Origin: Macrostomum lignano | Taxonomy: Eukaryota | Length of the DNA: 64,000 bases | Reading direction: 5' to 3' | Assembly: GCA_002269645.1 (NCBI GenBank) | Contig: NIVC01002472.1 | Location: 107,259-171,258, forward strand | In this document: positions 23,051-36,000 of the stretch, piece after piece | How positions within the stretch are numbered: position 1 is the stretch's first letter | Layout: each line of letters begins with the position of its first letter | The notes under the pieces: generated by a model | Told to the model about the DNA's origin: nothing | What the model saw: only the letters and a program-made list of their open reading frames with translations | The model's database searches: none | Program-made: the position numbers and the translations under genes

Positions 23051-24337
23051 ACTCGCATGGCTTGATTTAATTTGCTTTATTTACATTGGAACAATAAGTA
23101 AACTAATTAGCTAATGGTGTTTAACTCTGCTTCAAAATGTGTAGATACTTCTACTGTACACTACTGAGAGTAGTGCGATTGTAATTCAAGCTCACTCGAA
23201 TAAATTAAATGATTTCCCGATTTCACGTCTTCGAGCTCGCAAATACGCTGCATTGTTGCACTATTCAGTCAGAAGAACCTATGCGAAAGACTATTAATCT
23301 ACGTACTTAAACAAATGTGTTCAAACACAATTTTAACAAAAAAATACGTTTGGCAAAAACTTGCTAAAAACCGAATTGATCTCGATCGATTTCAAGCTGG
23401 GTCAACCCTTTTTGTTATAACTATCCTGTACACATTGTGCTGGAGCTCTTTAGACTCTTCAATAATGTGAAATATTTTTGGTGGTGGCTGATGGCACAGT
23501 TATCAGATGATTATGACGCTCCCCCCTGTATTTTATTCAATGTGTTTTCTTTTATTGTATTGTTTAGAAAATTAATAATTTGAAAATCAAATTATTCCAG
23601 CAATGCCGGGAAGCCTAACATATGTCGATAGTTCCGAATTGATGTTTATTTATGTCACAAAACCAGTTTGCCTTGACCTGACTTCACCGCATCGCATTTT
23701 AAGCACAGTTAAATTTGTGAAGGAATCAGGCTTTAGAGTAAAACTTTACTAACAAGTGATGGATTAATATTGCGAATAGCTCAGCACAGGCAGTGGAGCC
23801 TTGTATGCAGCAGCAGAAAATTTCGATAAATTATGACACGAAAGAGACAAAAAAGTGAAAATAAAAGATGTAAGCACAATGTAAGGCATCATTGAACTAT
23901 GTACAATTGGTTTCAAACTCGCAAGTTATTTCAAAGCTTAGAATACAGATTCAAAATTAACAAAAGTAATGAATGAAATTTTAGTCTACGTTTAGTTCAA
24001 CCTTAAGAAGAGACAATAAATATAATAATCGTTCAAAACTGCCATCTACGAGTAACCAAGGCAAAACATGTGTGTAGCTTTGTACATCAACTCTGCCATT
24101 TAATTGGCCGTATGATGACATTCAGAGCGAGCCTATAGTTTGAAACGCAAACTATTAATTTAAAGTAGTCAAATAAGAATATTTGGGACAAATTTGATAA
24201 TTTCGAAAACATGCGAGTTTAGCCATGGCCCAAGAGTATTTGGTATAGCGTTAGTGGATTGTATACTCAACAGTAATAAAGTTTCATTTAGCTGTCCAGG
24301 AACTCAGCAGATTAGGCAAGCATAAAGCAAGAAGAAA

Positions 24338-26936
24338 TCAATCCAGCAGTTCGTCATTGAGCTGATCAACGAGCTCCGCGGGAGACGAATCGATAGGCAG
24401 GTTGCAAAAGCTCTCGACCAAGGAGGTTGGGATGCCCATCACTTGGAGAAAATGCTGCACGAACTCGATTCCGGCCTGCTTCACGTACGCCTCATCAGTG
24501 CCCTGCAGTTTTTGGTGTTGTGGCAAATTGTTGCTTTTCAGGAGACTTTGTCTCATAAAAACTACTGAAAACTTGTGAAAGGAATATTATTGCGGGAGTA
24601 TTATTGCAATTGTTTGACAAAGATTTAGAAGTGCAGTGGCTGATTAAAATTGGCTGAATTAGGGTCAATATTTGAAGCTAGTATTCGAAAATGTGAAACG
24701 TTATTCATTACTCTCATATCATAGAAAATTTTCAAGTTGCAGAACTCACCCACGGCTGAAGCATGCGAACAAAAATTTCCGGAATCTGCGCGAATGCCTT
24801 CAGCAGGTTCGTCAGGTTCGGCCGATCTGTGTGCGGCCTCAGCAGGAGAATCAGTCCGGAGAGTGAGTCTTCCAGTGAGCAACTGACAATGAAATCGTTA
24901 GCCAGAGTCAGCTGAGTGAAATCCGCATCCTGAAATAGCTTCCAAGCCAGAGCTCTGGCTTCCCCCAGGGAGATAGTCTGGCTGCCTTCTGCCGGGCAGG
25001 CGATTCCGCGGCTAATGGAGTACTGCAGCTGCTCGGGAATGTCGTCGAGCGGCACCCCAGCCTGTAGGTAGGCCATGACCTTGAGGCACTCCCTGCTGAC
25101 TCTGGCACAGTCGGGCACTTTACTAATCAGATCAAGAAAAATGTCCAACTCGCCTCCGAGAGCTACGTGAACGTGCGCATCACAAAAAGCGTTGTAGGCT
25201 CCCATCTGCTGCTCCTTTGCCCCGGCCGCTTTAGTGACCACCTCCGCGGCGAACATGACTGGAAGCAGTGGGTAGATGAGCACTGCCGTCACCTTCGACT
25301 TTGGCAGAGATCGCTTGAATGCCTTCAGTTCGTTCTCTAATCTACTCGCTACGGTGAGAACTGAATTGACAATCACTGACTTCGAATTGTGATCCTTCTT
25401 AAAGTACACGTTGGCATCGCGCAGGAAGAAGTGCTTCATGCACACGTACTCGGAGTCTGAGCTGAGCATCATCTCAACCAGCAGCTGTAGCGAGTGTCGC
25501 ACGAGTTCCAGCAAGTTCTTCGGCTCCCAGTCCGCCGCTGGTGTCTCGTCAAGCATATAGAACAGCAGGTTCTTGGCCATGTACGTCTTCAGACCGCTCA
25601 CCTTCATCTCGATGCTGATCACCTTTTTGATGAGAAACTTGATAAGGATAAAGAACTGTCCTTGCTCTGTCGTGAGGCTCTGCATGACGGCTCTCTCCAG
25701 CAGGGTTGTGCTCACCCGCATGCAGCTTCCCGGCTTTTGACCAGGAGGTGATGCGGCGACGGCGTGGCATCTTGGTGAATCGCCCAGAACCTCCTCTGCG
25801 AGCTGCTGCATGATGTATGGTGGCATTTGGGATGGCTGACCTCTTCTGCTTCTGTAGCCGCGCTGCAGCAGATCGATGCGAGGGTAGCTGCAGCAGGGCA
25901 GCGCTACGATGATGTCGTAGTCTGGCAGCATTTTCGAATTTTTATTGCTGTAGTTCGGCGCATTGACTGAAATAGGAAATGCAATTCGTGAGACACTGTT
26001 ACATTAGAAGAAGTATTGCTAGAGTAGAGTTTCAAGAATTCTCCATTCAACTGCTGAGTCTACTGGATAAACTTTTCCATGACTGCATCTTCTACAATCT
26101 AGAAAAACGTTACTATGAAGCGGGATGGTAGCCTAGTGGTTAGAGCGTCGGACTCACGACTGAAAGGTCGGGGATTCGATTCCCGATTCCACTGGAACAA
26201 TTTGTGTCCTTGAGCAAGACACTTAACTCTGCATTGCTCCAGTTCACCCAGCTGTAAAATGGGTGCCAGCATTAGCTGGGGTAATTGAGGGTGTGTGACG
26301 ACCCCACAGCCCTTGGACTGAACAGCCGTACGCAGCCTTCAAATGCGCCGCGCAATAGCTGCGGCTGAGCTGTCGGTTGCACATCTGCCCATTGAGGCTG
26401 GTGTAATCAACTATTAATATTATTATTATTTGATGAAGCAAAAAGCAAACACAACTTCAACTTCGAATGCTTTCACTGTATGAAAACTTTCCTCAAAATT
26501 TAGAGCACGCAGGCGGATCTTAATATCGAAAGAAATCAGTTCAGTCAGCCGATCACTCACCGCCGCTGGAAAATTGGACGTGACCGTCATCGTAAAGCGC
26601 TCGTCTCTCCTGATTGAACCGGCAGTCGGCTCTCCCGCACAGGTGGAGCGCGTTCCGCTTGGAAATCAGAGTCAGGTCCACGTCGCTCTCAACGTCAACC
26701 CGGCCATCCAATTTTTTTAAACTGCTCCCCCAGCCGTCGGAGAAGCTGCCGAACACGTACACGCTGAAAGATTCTCTGAGTAGGAAGGTTCCCAGTTCTT
26801 GGAACACGGTGGCAAATGCTGACTGAATGTGAGCATTGTAGGACTTGAATCCTGCGAGCTCCATTCTCCGAGAGAGTTTCAGGCTTTCATTGCTGTATTC
26901 TGCTGATGAACGTTCTGTGTTTGGTTGTTGGGCCAT
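24338..26936 (-). CDS. Mab-21/cGAS-like receptor (cGLR) nucleotidyltransferase, ~608 aa in a 3-exon model
   Basis: Exons 26936-26561, 25966-24750 and (less certain) 24571-24338. NTase motif VFGSFSDGW...DVESDVDLTL, third acidic residue in YDIIVALPC, and Mab-21 C-lobe MRVSTTLLERAVM...LIKFLIKK...LKTYMAKNLLFYMLDETPAADW...MKHFFLRDANVY. Confidence 0.85.
26120..26430 (+). mobile_element. Full-length tRNA-derived CORE-SINE in cGLR intron 1
   Basis: A box TAGCCTAGTGG; B box GATTCGATTCC; core GTGTCCTTGAGCAAGACACTTAACTC...CAGCTGTAAAATGGG resembling the MIR CORE as recalled; (TTA)n tail. Confidence 0.9.
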
Positions 26937-29624
26937 TTATGCAGGTCAATTCGGATCAGTTGGCACAAGTGGTCAAGGTGTTTCTGAACCGTTCCTGTTC
27001 TAGTGGCTAACTTGTTTACTCAAGTTTAATATCTCGTTTTAACATCAGTGTTTGAACTCGCGGGGAACTAACCGCCTGCACAATGCTTACATAATATGCC
27101 ACTCCATTGCACGTTGCAGTAATTGTGATAAAAATCGTACCCACGGTTCACTTTGCAGGGGCATGAAAAGCTAAGACTATTATTTTTGGCCAAACACGCG
27201 ATAAGAGGTGGGTGGAGCTATATTTATCTTTCTCGTACATTAAAGATAAAGAATGCACACCGGTATAATGAAAACATTCCTAAGAAACACTTGAGAAATA
27301 TCAGTTTTTCCGGTCAACTGACGTGCAAATACCTCAGTTCATATACGACGCATAATACGATGTATTGACCCAAAGTGCGGCATAAGGGAACTGTAGGGCT
27401 CCCAGGGAACTGTGTTGCGCAACCGAATTCGCACATTGAAACAGGCCGTCAAAGTCTCTCCAGACACGAACCCCATGCCTGGGATTTCATAAGTGAAGAG
27501 TTCAGCAGGGTGCCACTCAGAATATGCTAGGCGGTTCTGAAATGCCTGTGGCAGGAGCACCCCAAGAGTTTATCAACCGGATGGTGATCAGGATGCTATG
27601 ATGAGCAATTCATGCTCGTGGTTCTTGCAAGCAATGCTTGAAAAAGCATTTCTTAACTTTTGTGCTGCGTGACAGCGTGAGCTGGGGGGGGGGTGTTATA
27701 CTCAGCAACAGTCAAAAGTTCCACCCTCTAAGCGAGATGAATTTTTGTCACTTTGCGAGTGACGCAACTTACGGCACGCGCGAAGCTTATTACCACTTGG
27801 GGTTGTCCAGGATGACTTAACAGCCAGCCCAGGATGGCTTCCACTGTTTACTTTTCAATGTTGCAGAGTCCTCGCAGACAAGCAATAGCTTTATTTAGTA
27901 TGGCTGCCATAATTTCAGACTGTGTGTATGTCACAATCATTTGACCAAAGGCGAACCAGAAATAAACAAGCAATATGACCAAAACTCCAATTAATCAGAT
28001 ATTCACTTTCGCAATGACTAAAGAAGAGCATACATAAATTTATGTGCATCAGCCTTGGTACAGTTTATTAATGTATTTGATTTAACACTCCTCGTCATTC
28101 CTCAGTACAGGTGGCAATGAAGTGCCAGGGTTTCTACAATGACACACAATGGGATAAAATGTGTGAACAGTGATGCAGAAGTTGCAGGCAGGGTGCGCAA
28201 TCGAAACTGGCTCAAGGTGAGTTCGCGCAATTTCTTCGAAACTTGGAGACTGCTGGGCAGTGAAGGTTTTCAATGCTGGCTCAAAGAGCAAATGGTTATT
28301 TAATTGACCGATAAGTGCTTTAATAGTTCAAGATAGTATTAATGAAACTATATGCACCGCCACAATCTCCAAGGCGATTCTCTAGCCAAGCTAGTAGCCG
28401 TCAATCAATTGAGCAAGAGCCAGAGCAATGACAGTTTATTAGCGAAAGGTGTTGGCAGGTCTGCCGCGGGCTCAGGTGCACCAGGTATCGGCTTGCTTGG
28501 CTGTGTGCGAAAGATGCGCGCCATCGAATAGAGAAAGAAATAAAAATATAGAGAAAATGTAATTGGGTCAAATTTGCTTTTGAGGGTCACAGATACAGAA
28601 AGAGAAGGGAGAAGTTCCAGTTAAACCACAGCCACTTCAGATGCGTAAGGCAAAACAAAAAAAATCATTTACGAAAAACGCCAGACACTACTAGCAAGGA
28701 ATATCAAGTAAGTAGTATATAGGGATTTGGATAAGTATTAAAACTATATGCAAGACACTGTCGGTGCGGTGGTAAATTAGGGAATGATGGAGCCTTTGCC
28801 TGAACAGACCAGCGGTTCACGGATCAGGCTATGGCACTGCTATGTCGCAGCGCAGGCACAGGAGCCTTTATAACTGTCTGTGTGCTCAATTTACATCAAA
28901 TTTCTATAAACAAATCATAAATATCCATAGCATTTGGCAGGCTTTTACACGTGAAAGTGCGCATGAGGAATGTTTACTAAAGTTTGAGTTCAGACGAGAG
29001 CTATTTATAGGCAATTAATAGCTTACTAGGCAATGCTACTTCAGTACTGCAAAGCAAACTGGGTGCCGCAAAGTAAAAATAATAAATTTCCAAACAGGAG
29101 CGCAATTAAAAATTTCTTAGAATGAAATGCTACAGCGACATGACCAATTTAAAAAAAACTTTTCAGCGTTTGATTTTGATAACAAAACCGTCTCCGGGAT
29201 GAGAGATTTTTCTAGCGTAATTAACTAATCAGTAATTTTCCGGCTACAAACAAAAATGACTCCAAGGAAACGCAGGCAAACAAAGAAATTCCGTTCTGCT
29301 CAAAAGTCGAAAACGCCCTCAAAAATATCTGTCCCAAATTGGAAGAAAGTTATGGTCAGAAATAGCGCTAAAAAGTGCTGCATGGCTCTGGGAATGGTTG
29401 GTTCGGCAGACATCGAGATGAACCAGTCGCCCAATGAATGTCACTAATTATCTAACAGACTTCGGTCCGTGGTATAGCAGTTGTAAAAACCCTATCCTGG
29501 ATAAAGCAATGCTTTTGAATTTTTTAACCCATTGGGCGACCAATCCAGTCAAATTTTCTAAAGTCTAATTATTAGATAACGCTCTTAAGTGCTCACTATT
29601 GTGAGGTCTGGTGTCAGGCTGTCC

Positions 29625-30016
29625 TCAATGCCAGCCAGGCTGCTGAGACCGCTGCGACCGGCTCCCAGAAGAGCTGTGCCGTGACCTCGACGCGTACTCC
29701 GACGTCGGCACCTCCAGGTGGCCTCCGCTGGCGTCCGAGGTGCCGGCCTCGGAGTCCGCGCGGCTCGGTGGGCGGTTGCCTCCGCCGTGGGCGCCTCTGG
29801 TGCTTCGTCGAGTTCCCTGCTGACGCCACGGTCGTTCGTTCACGGACTTCTCGCGAATTTTTGTCACCGGCCCGGAGCTGTGAGATGTCGGCGACGGCGA
29901 GGTTGCTGATGTCGGCGTCTGCGGCGGCGGCCGGCTGGAGAAGGCCTGCACTGCCTGGGCTACGCCGTCCGCCAAGATGAACTTCTCGCGCAGCTCGAGG
30001 TTCGTGCGACCTTTGG
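29625..30016 (-). CDS. macf1: Spectraplakin C-terminal exon (post-GAS2, Gly/Ser/Arg-rich tail)
   Basis: DPCR|[18 protein letters not shown] matches the conserved MACF1/Shot junction. Also GPVTKIREK and RPPSRADSE. Confidence 0.85.
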
Positions 30017-33000
30017 CTGAAGGAGCGAGTTTTCGAATTCGTTTCTTGCTGAGAATACTTTGTCACGTGCTTCAGGCGTGGTCTTGGATACAAATCAACA
30101 GAACTCAATAGCGATTGCGTGGTAGGTGAAATTGTGCACATGCAAAATAAAGCTGGTTCAGATGGTGTACAGAAGGAAAGATTCATTGGCTGCAATGGTG
30201 GGAGACACCGAGCTTCTATTCGAGATACGCATGTGCCCTGCTTCTTTCTTTTTCATATTTATCGTCTTGAGTGCATTTCTTGATAGCTAAATTTACAACT
30301 TTTGATTTTCTATTTGTGTTTTCTATTGTGAAATAGTTCTATTTTCTATTTCTACTCGTTTAAAAAGCAACACGACATCCATCTCTCCAGGTAAAAATAG
30401 GCTTATCAGACAAAAAATAGAAAATTATATACGTATAGCTGAAGTATCGAAAATAAACAGATTAGGGAATGTCGCAGAAAAATAACACAGAGTAAATTTG
30501 CGATAAACAGGACGACATCGAGGTGTAAACGTGGGATAATAGTATGGGGTGGACAAAGACTCACAAAGAGGATAATAGTATGGGGTGGACAAAGACTCAC
30601 ACAAAGAGGATAATTAGTACGGGGTGGACAAAGACTCACACAAAGAGGATAATTAGTACGGGGTGGACAAAGACTCACACAAAGAGGATAATTAGTACGG
30701 GGTGGACAAAGACTCACACAAAGAGGATAATAGTATGGGGTGGACAAAGACTCACAAGGAGGATAATAGTATGGGGTGGACAAAGACTCACAAAGAGGAT
30801 AATTAGTACGGGGTGGACAAAGACTCACAAAGAAGATAATTAGTATGGGGTGGACAAAGACTCACAAAGAGGATAGTTAGTATGGGGTGGACAAAGACTC
30901 ACAAAGAGGATAATAGTATGGGGTGGACAAAGACTCACACAAAGAGGATAATTAGTACGGGGTGGACAAAGACTCACACAAAGAGGATAATTAGTACGGG
31001 GTGGACAAAGACTCACACAAAGAGGATAATAGTATGGTGTGGACAAAGACTCACAAGGAGGATAATAGTATGGGGTGGACAAAGACTCACAAAGAGGATA
31101 ATTAGTACGGGGTGGACAAAGACTCACAAAGAAGATAATTAGTATGGGGTGGACAAAGACTCACAAAGAGGATAGTTAGTATGGGGTGGACAAAGACTCA
31201 CAAGGAGGATAATAGTATGGGGTGGACAAAGACTCACACAAAGAGGAAAGTGAATAAAAGGTGCTGCTGCACAGCCCTCACCATCGCAGTCATCCATAAC
31301 CACGAAGACGAATTCAAAATCTGAATTTGCGCAGCAATGTTTTCATTATTGGTGGTGCATAATTTTTTATTGTGTTGCTTACATCTTTGAAAGAAATTTG
31401 TGCTGCAAGCTTTACACTTTTTGCTTGCAGTTTTGTGCATTAATTTAGAATTTATTCATAAAGCCAAGTCCCTGCCTGCCTGCAGATCTGTAAAGATAGA
31501 ATTTGTCTTTAAATATCGATACCCCTACGAGTTTTCATTATTCAAAAGTTTAGTAAATTTGCAACTTAAGCTCAGCTTAAAATGTTGATGAGTTACTTAA
31601 AGCAAGCTCAAAAGCTTTCGGAGAGGCATATGCTGCAGTGAATGCTTAGTCTTGCATGCCGGTTGATGATAATATCTAACCTGCCATTCTCCATGCTCCT
31701 GACACACCCCTGACAACTGAAATGAAGCAGTTTACTGGCAGCTTTCACCATCAAATACAAATCTGACACCAATATACAAATGCAATTATGAGAGACCACC
31801 AGTTGATGAAGATTATGCGATTCAGCTGCCACCGAAAAAGCCATGACAAGAGGAAAGCGCCGCGCCATCAACATTTCAACCTATTCAACTTACGGTCTTC
31901 ATCCAGCAGAGAGCTAAATGACGATTCAAGACTCTCTGGTGGCAGAATTCCCTGCTGCTTGCAGTACAACTCTACCTCGTAAATATTTTCTGTCGCAAAG
32001 TCTCCTTGGAAAATGTTAGTGCAGTTTTTCGGAATTGAAAATTTCAGTTTTTGTTGCCTAAACTACATGTGGATGTACAGTACATCCGAAATATGCTCCG
32101 TATTTAGCTATTCAGAGGCTGAAAAGTGTTTACCAATTTCTGGAATACTTTCTGAGCATGCTTAGGACATGACGGAATGCGGCTTGATGGACTAAATATG
32201 TTGATTTATTCAATACCAAGCGGTACATATTGACCATATCAATAATCTCCACGATCCACACACTGCCAAAAGTAGAACACAGCAGCGACTCACCTCTGCA
32301 CGGGTCGTTCTTCACCAGGAACTCGTCGAGTGCCTGCCAGCCGCCGCCAACCCGAACCATAACGGTGCTGCGCAGGATTCGGACTAGTCTCAGCTTCTGG
32401 TTCTCGCCGAACACGTACTTGCCCTCGCCGACCTTCTTGATCTGGAATGGCCGGCAGCAGGTGCAGTTGCCAGCCAGCTTGCGCACCTGCTCGTGGATTC
32501 GCTCGCTGTCCGTAGCCGGCTGCCGCTGCCGCCAGTCGGGGCGCAGCGCGGACTCGAACTCTTTGTAGTCGATGAAGCCGTCACCGTTCAGATCGAACTG
32601 ATCGGCGACTTTCTCCATCTCCAGGCGGGACGTTGGAAAGTCTGCGAATAAAAATGTTTTTTTCGTACGGTCACTTTTCGAACTCTAATTATAGCATGAC
32701 AATGAAACTAGAGGTGCAGCGGTGAGAATTCTTGTTTCGCTATCTTTCTAGACATACATGACGGCAGATTCATGCAATAAAAATTCTATGAGTAGTAATG
32801 AACTACTAGAAGGATAATGCAAGAATGGAAGGAAATGCCCAGTAAGGAAACAGAATAAATATTTATTCGTACTCGTAGAATACTGAGTTGAGCACCAACA
32901 TTCTGATCAACTACCATGCATCAAAAGCGTGTATTGGTGGTGCGAGAGCGGGGGGAGGCTGGGATTCGGCTAGCAAACACCAGTGTAAAAAAGGTTAATA

Positions 33001-36000
33001 CGAGCGTAGGTCAAACATTTTCCTTTTAAATGCATATTACGTATTATGCAACCGAGTACAATTTTTTTATTAGAGGCAGGGGGTTGTGTGCACCCAGGCG
33101 CACTTTAATTAATATAGGCACACAACCGGCGAGAGGCATTACTGCCCATTCCGCCGACTCCCCTGAGCAGGCATACAAGCGCGCGGATACGTACGCAGGC
33201 ACACACTCACACAGGAGTGTACAGCGGCCCTAACTTTATATTATCGTTAGGCATGTACACTTCACTGCGCCATGGGGGATTGGCTCTCAAGGCCGTTAAT
33301 TGCACGAGCAGAGCCAAGCCGAGATTCCAATTCAGCCCCAAATTAATGTGACTGCACTTGGAATCGAGCCTGGGTCGCTGGCACACCAGAGCCTGCGCTA
33401 CCGCTGGGCTACGGCCCCTCAACCGAGTACATAGTTATGCTTTATGGTAATAACTTGACGCGTTCCAGAGCTTAGTAGGGAGACAAGTGATGACCTTCAA
33501 AACTCTAAAAAATCTAACCATGCATCCCACTTCCCTGTTTCTGCTTAGTGCCAAAGCTATCGTGCAAGCTATCAATAGGTAAGGACAAACACGTAGGAAG
33601 GTAGGCAAAAGGCAAACCAAGGTTGAGACAACAGAAAGAAAGGAAATTATCCAAACTGCATGAAGCAGGCGCTCACAGTATCTCGGCGGGTATCTAGAAA
33701 TCGGAGCTGTAAAAAAAGTAAAATGAAATCGAATGCAACTGACTGAACTGCGAGTACTAGTAAATAAGTGGCACTTGATTGTGTTATAAAACAAAAATTG
33801 AGTCTTTTTTAAAACCAGCCAGTGGAAGAAGACTTGACTTACTCGACTCGAGCACTCCATCGATAAACTCCTGCCGACTGACTTTGCCGTCGTGGTCGGT
33901 GTCCTTCTTTTTGAAGAAGTCCATGACTCGGAACTTGTTGACGTCCATCCACTCTTTGTAGCGCTGGCGCCACTCATCAAAGTCGAACGCTTCCAGGCGC
34001 TTCATCTGCGAAATGATATCAGGAAGGCGGGGCTTTGATGTCTTAAGCACAGAAGTTCAATTGGAAAAATCGACGATGTTTAAAAATTCATGACTTATGA
34101 ATGCGCCAGGAGTAATAATCAGAAATGTCTCTACGTGTACTTTAAATTATTAACAAAGGCTACGAAATGCAGCTGCAAAGCTTGCTAGAAAAGAAGCATT
34201 TCAGCAAATCAGTGTACAAAGTTCCCAAATTGAGCAACGCTAATCTGCAGCTACAAAATTTGAATCAGCAGCACAATCGAAAGGGGTACTCGTATCGCAT
34301 GATTTTGTAGATGAACTTGTTCAGCTCAAAGTTTGAACTCCAGCGCGACTAGAAAATACAAACAAATCCTTTTATAGAGAAACAACTCGAGCAGTTTACG
34401 AACTTGAGCTTCTCGAGCTCGTCGCTCCGCATCCTGAGCAGCTATCTGGGATAGATGAAGTGCCATTTTGTCTAGTGAGTCCAAGTGCTTGCACCTATTG
34501 CTTTTGAGACTCCAAACATAACTGGATGCTTCAAAACAGCAATTGAACTCAGAAATTACCTCTCTGGCCTGCAACAATGCGGCTTCCAGTCTCTGGCGTC
34601 GTTGAATGACATCCAACCAGAGCTGCTTCCAGCCGGCCTGCAGCTTATTCACTGCCGGATCTTTGAAGCCTGGAGAGGCCGGCTGCTGCTGCTGTTTCTG
34701 CTGCTCCTGCAGCTGGTGATGCAGGTTGTGGTGGTGGTGATAGTCGCTGCTGCTGCTGCCGCCGGAGCGCCGCGGCCGCTTGGAGGCCGGTGCGGACTCT
34801 GGCGCCGCTCGCTTTGCATGCGCGGTGACGCTGTCCAAGTCCGGCTGCCGAGCCTCGATCTCGGACTCAAATACCCTCTGCTGATCAAGCAGGAGCTCCA
34901 CCTCCTGTATGTTGTCGGGCATCGGCTTTGCTTCATTGGCTCGCAACGAGGCGTCTGCGCCAGCTAGCCAGTCCAGGAGCTCGCGAAGGAGATGCCGTCT
35001 GTGTTGTGGATACAAAGTGCCGCGTTAGGAAATTTTATGAAACTATATAAAAAGCAGAGAAAGCGTCATTTGAAAATCATATAAATGTTTTTACCTGTTC
35101 GCTGCCGCCTGCTTTGCCTCTTGCAATTTCTCTCCTCGCTGAATTGACCACTCGAACACCTGGTCCCAGCGACTCTGCAACACCAGAAGCCATTGGCGAA
35201 CTCTCGGCCGTCCGTCTGGATGCGACGAGTCGTGAATGGCTGATCCAAGAGCCAGTGCCTCATCCAGCTGGGGTCGTTTACCGCTGAAGCCTTCGTGGAA
35301 CTTAGCGTGCTCATTGATGCGCTCTTGATAGGCAGCTTCCGTCTCGGGATCTGGTGGCGTTCCCAACGCCTCGATTCGCTGCTCCGCCTGGGTGAACAGA
35401 GCCAGCAAGCCTCGAGCCTTTGACGCGAAAGCCTCTGCGTTGGCTGCCGCTTCATCAAGCTGCTGGCGCCTGCCAGCGGAAAGTCGGGTGACGCGGTCCC
35501 ACTGCGTCTCGAGGTCAACCAGCTGCTCCTGCACTCGACTAGCGTTGGCATCTGCGACACTGTTGCTTAGCAACTGAGCTGCTGACCGCTGGATCAGATC
35601 GAGGGTGTCACGCTTACGATCGAGCTCCTGCTCAAATTGCCTGTGCGACTCTGATAGGACCAGCACAGTTTCCTGGTCGCCGCCAACCAAAACTTCAGGA
35701 GAGAGGGCCGGTTCAGCCCGATTCAGCCAATCAATCAGCGTCTGCATCGCCTCCAGGTACCGACCTGGATAGTTTTTTGTAAATTCATTTAAAGTTTATA
35801 ACTTGAACTATCACAAATATATATCTTCATCACTTTCACAGAAATATGAAAACAAATTGACTTACCAGAGCAAGTAAGTGCGTCGCTTAGTTTACGTTCT
35901 CGTTTCAGAGCCCTCTCGCAGAGTTCCTTCCACTGCTGCTTGAGATCGTTGATCATGGTAGTGAGCTCTGCCTGATCAAAGTCTGGCGCCCGGTTCTTCA

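Noticed and set aside
26120-26195. tRNA gene (also heads at ~14200-14270, ~33350-33420 and ~41280-41305)
   Set aside because: A/B boxes are present but no convincing cloverleaf; followed by SINE body rather than a Pol III terminator.
27350-27650. Second decayed RT-like fragment (CLWQEHP also seen near 22180)
   Set aside because: Similarity is limited to a few residues with many stops, and cannot be supported without a search.
28100-28212. Plus-strand exon-like segment ending in AAG|gtgagt
   Set aside because: Stops in most frames, no partner exons and no recognisable product.
30406-31142. Repetitive Cys/Tyr-rich and Trp/Thr-rich ORFs
   Set aside because: Products of an intronic minisatellite lying between two well-defined spectraplakin exons.
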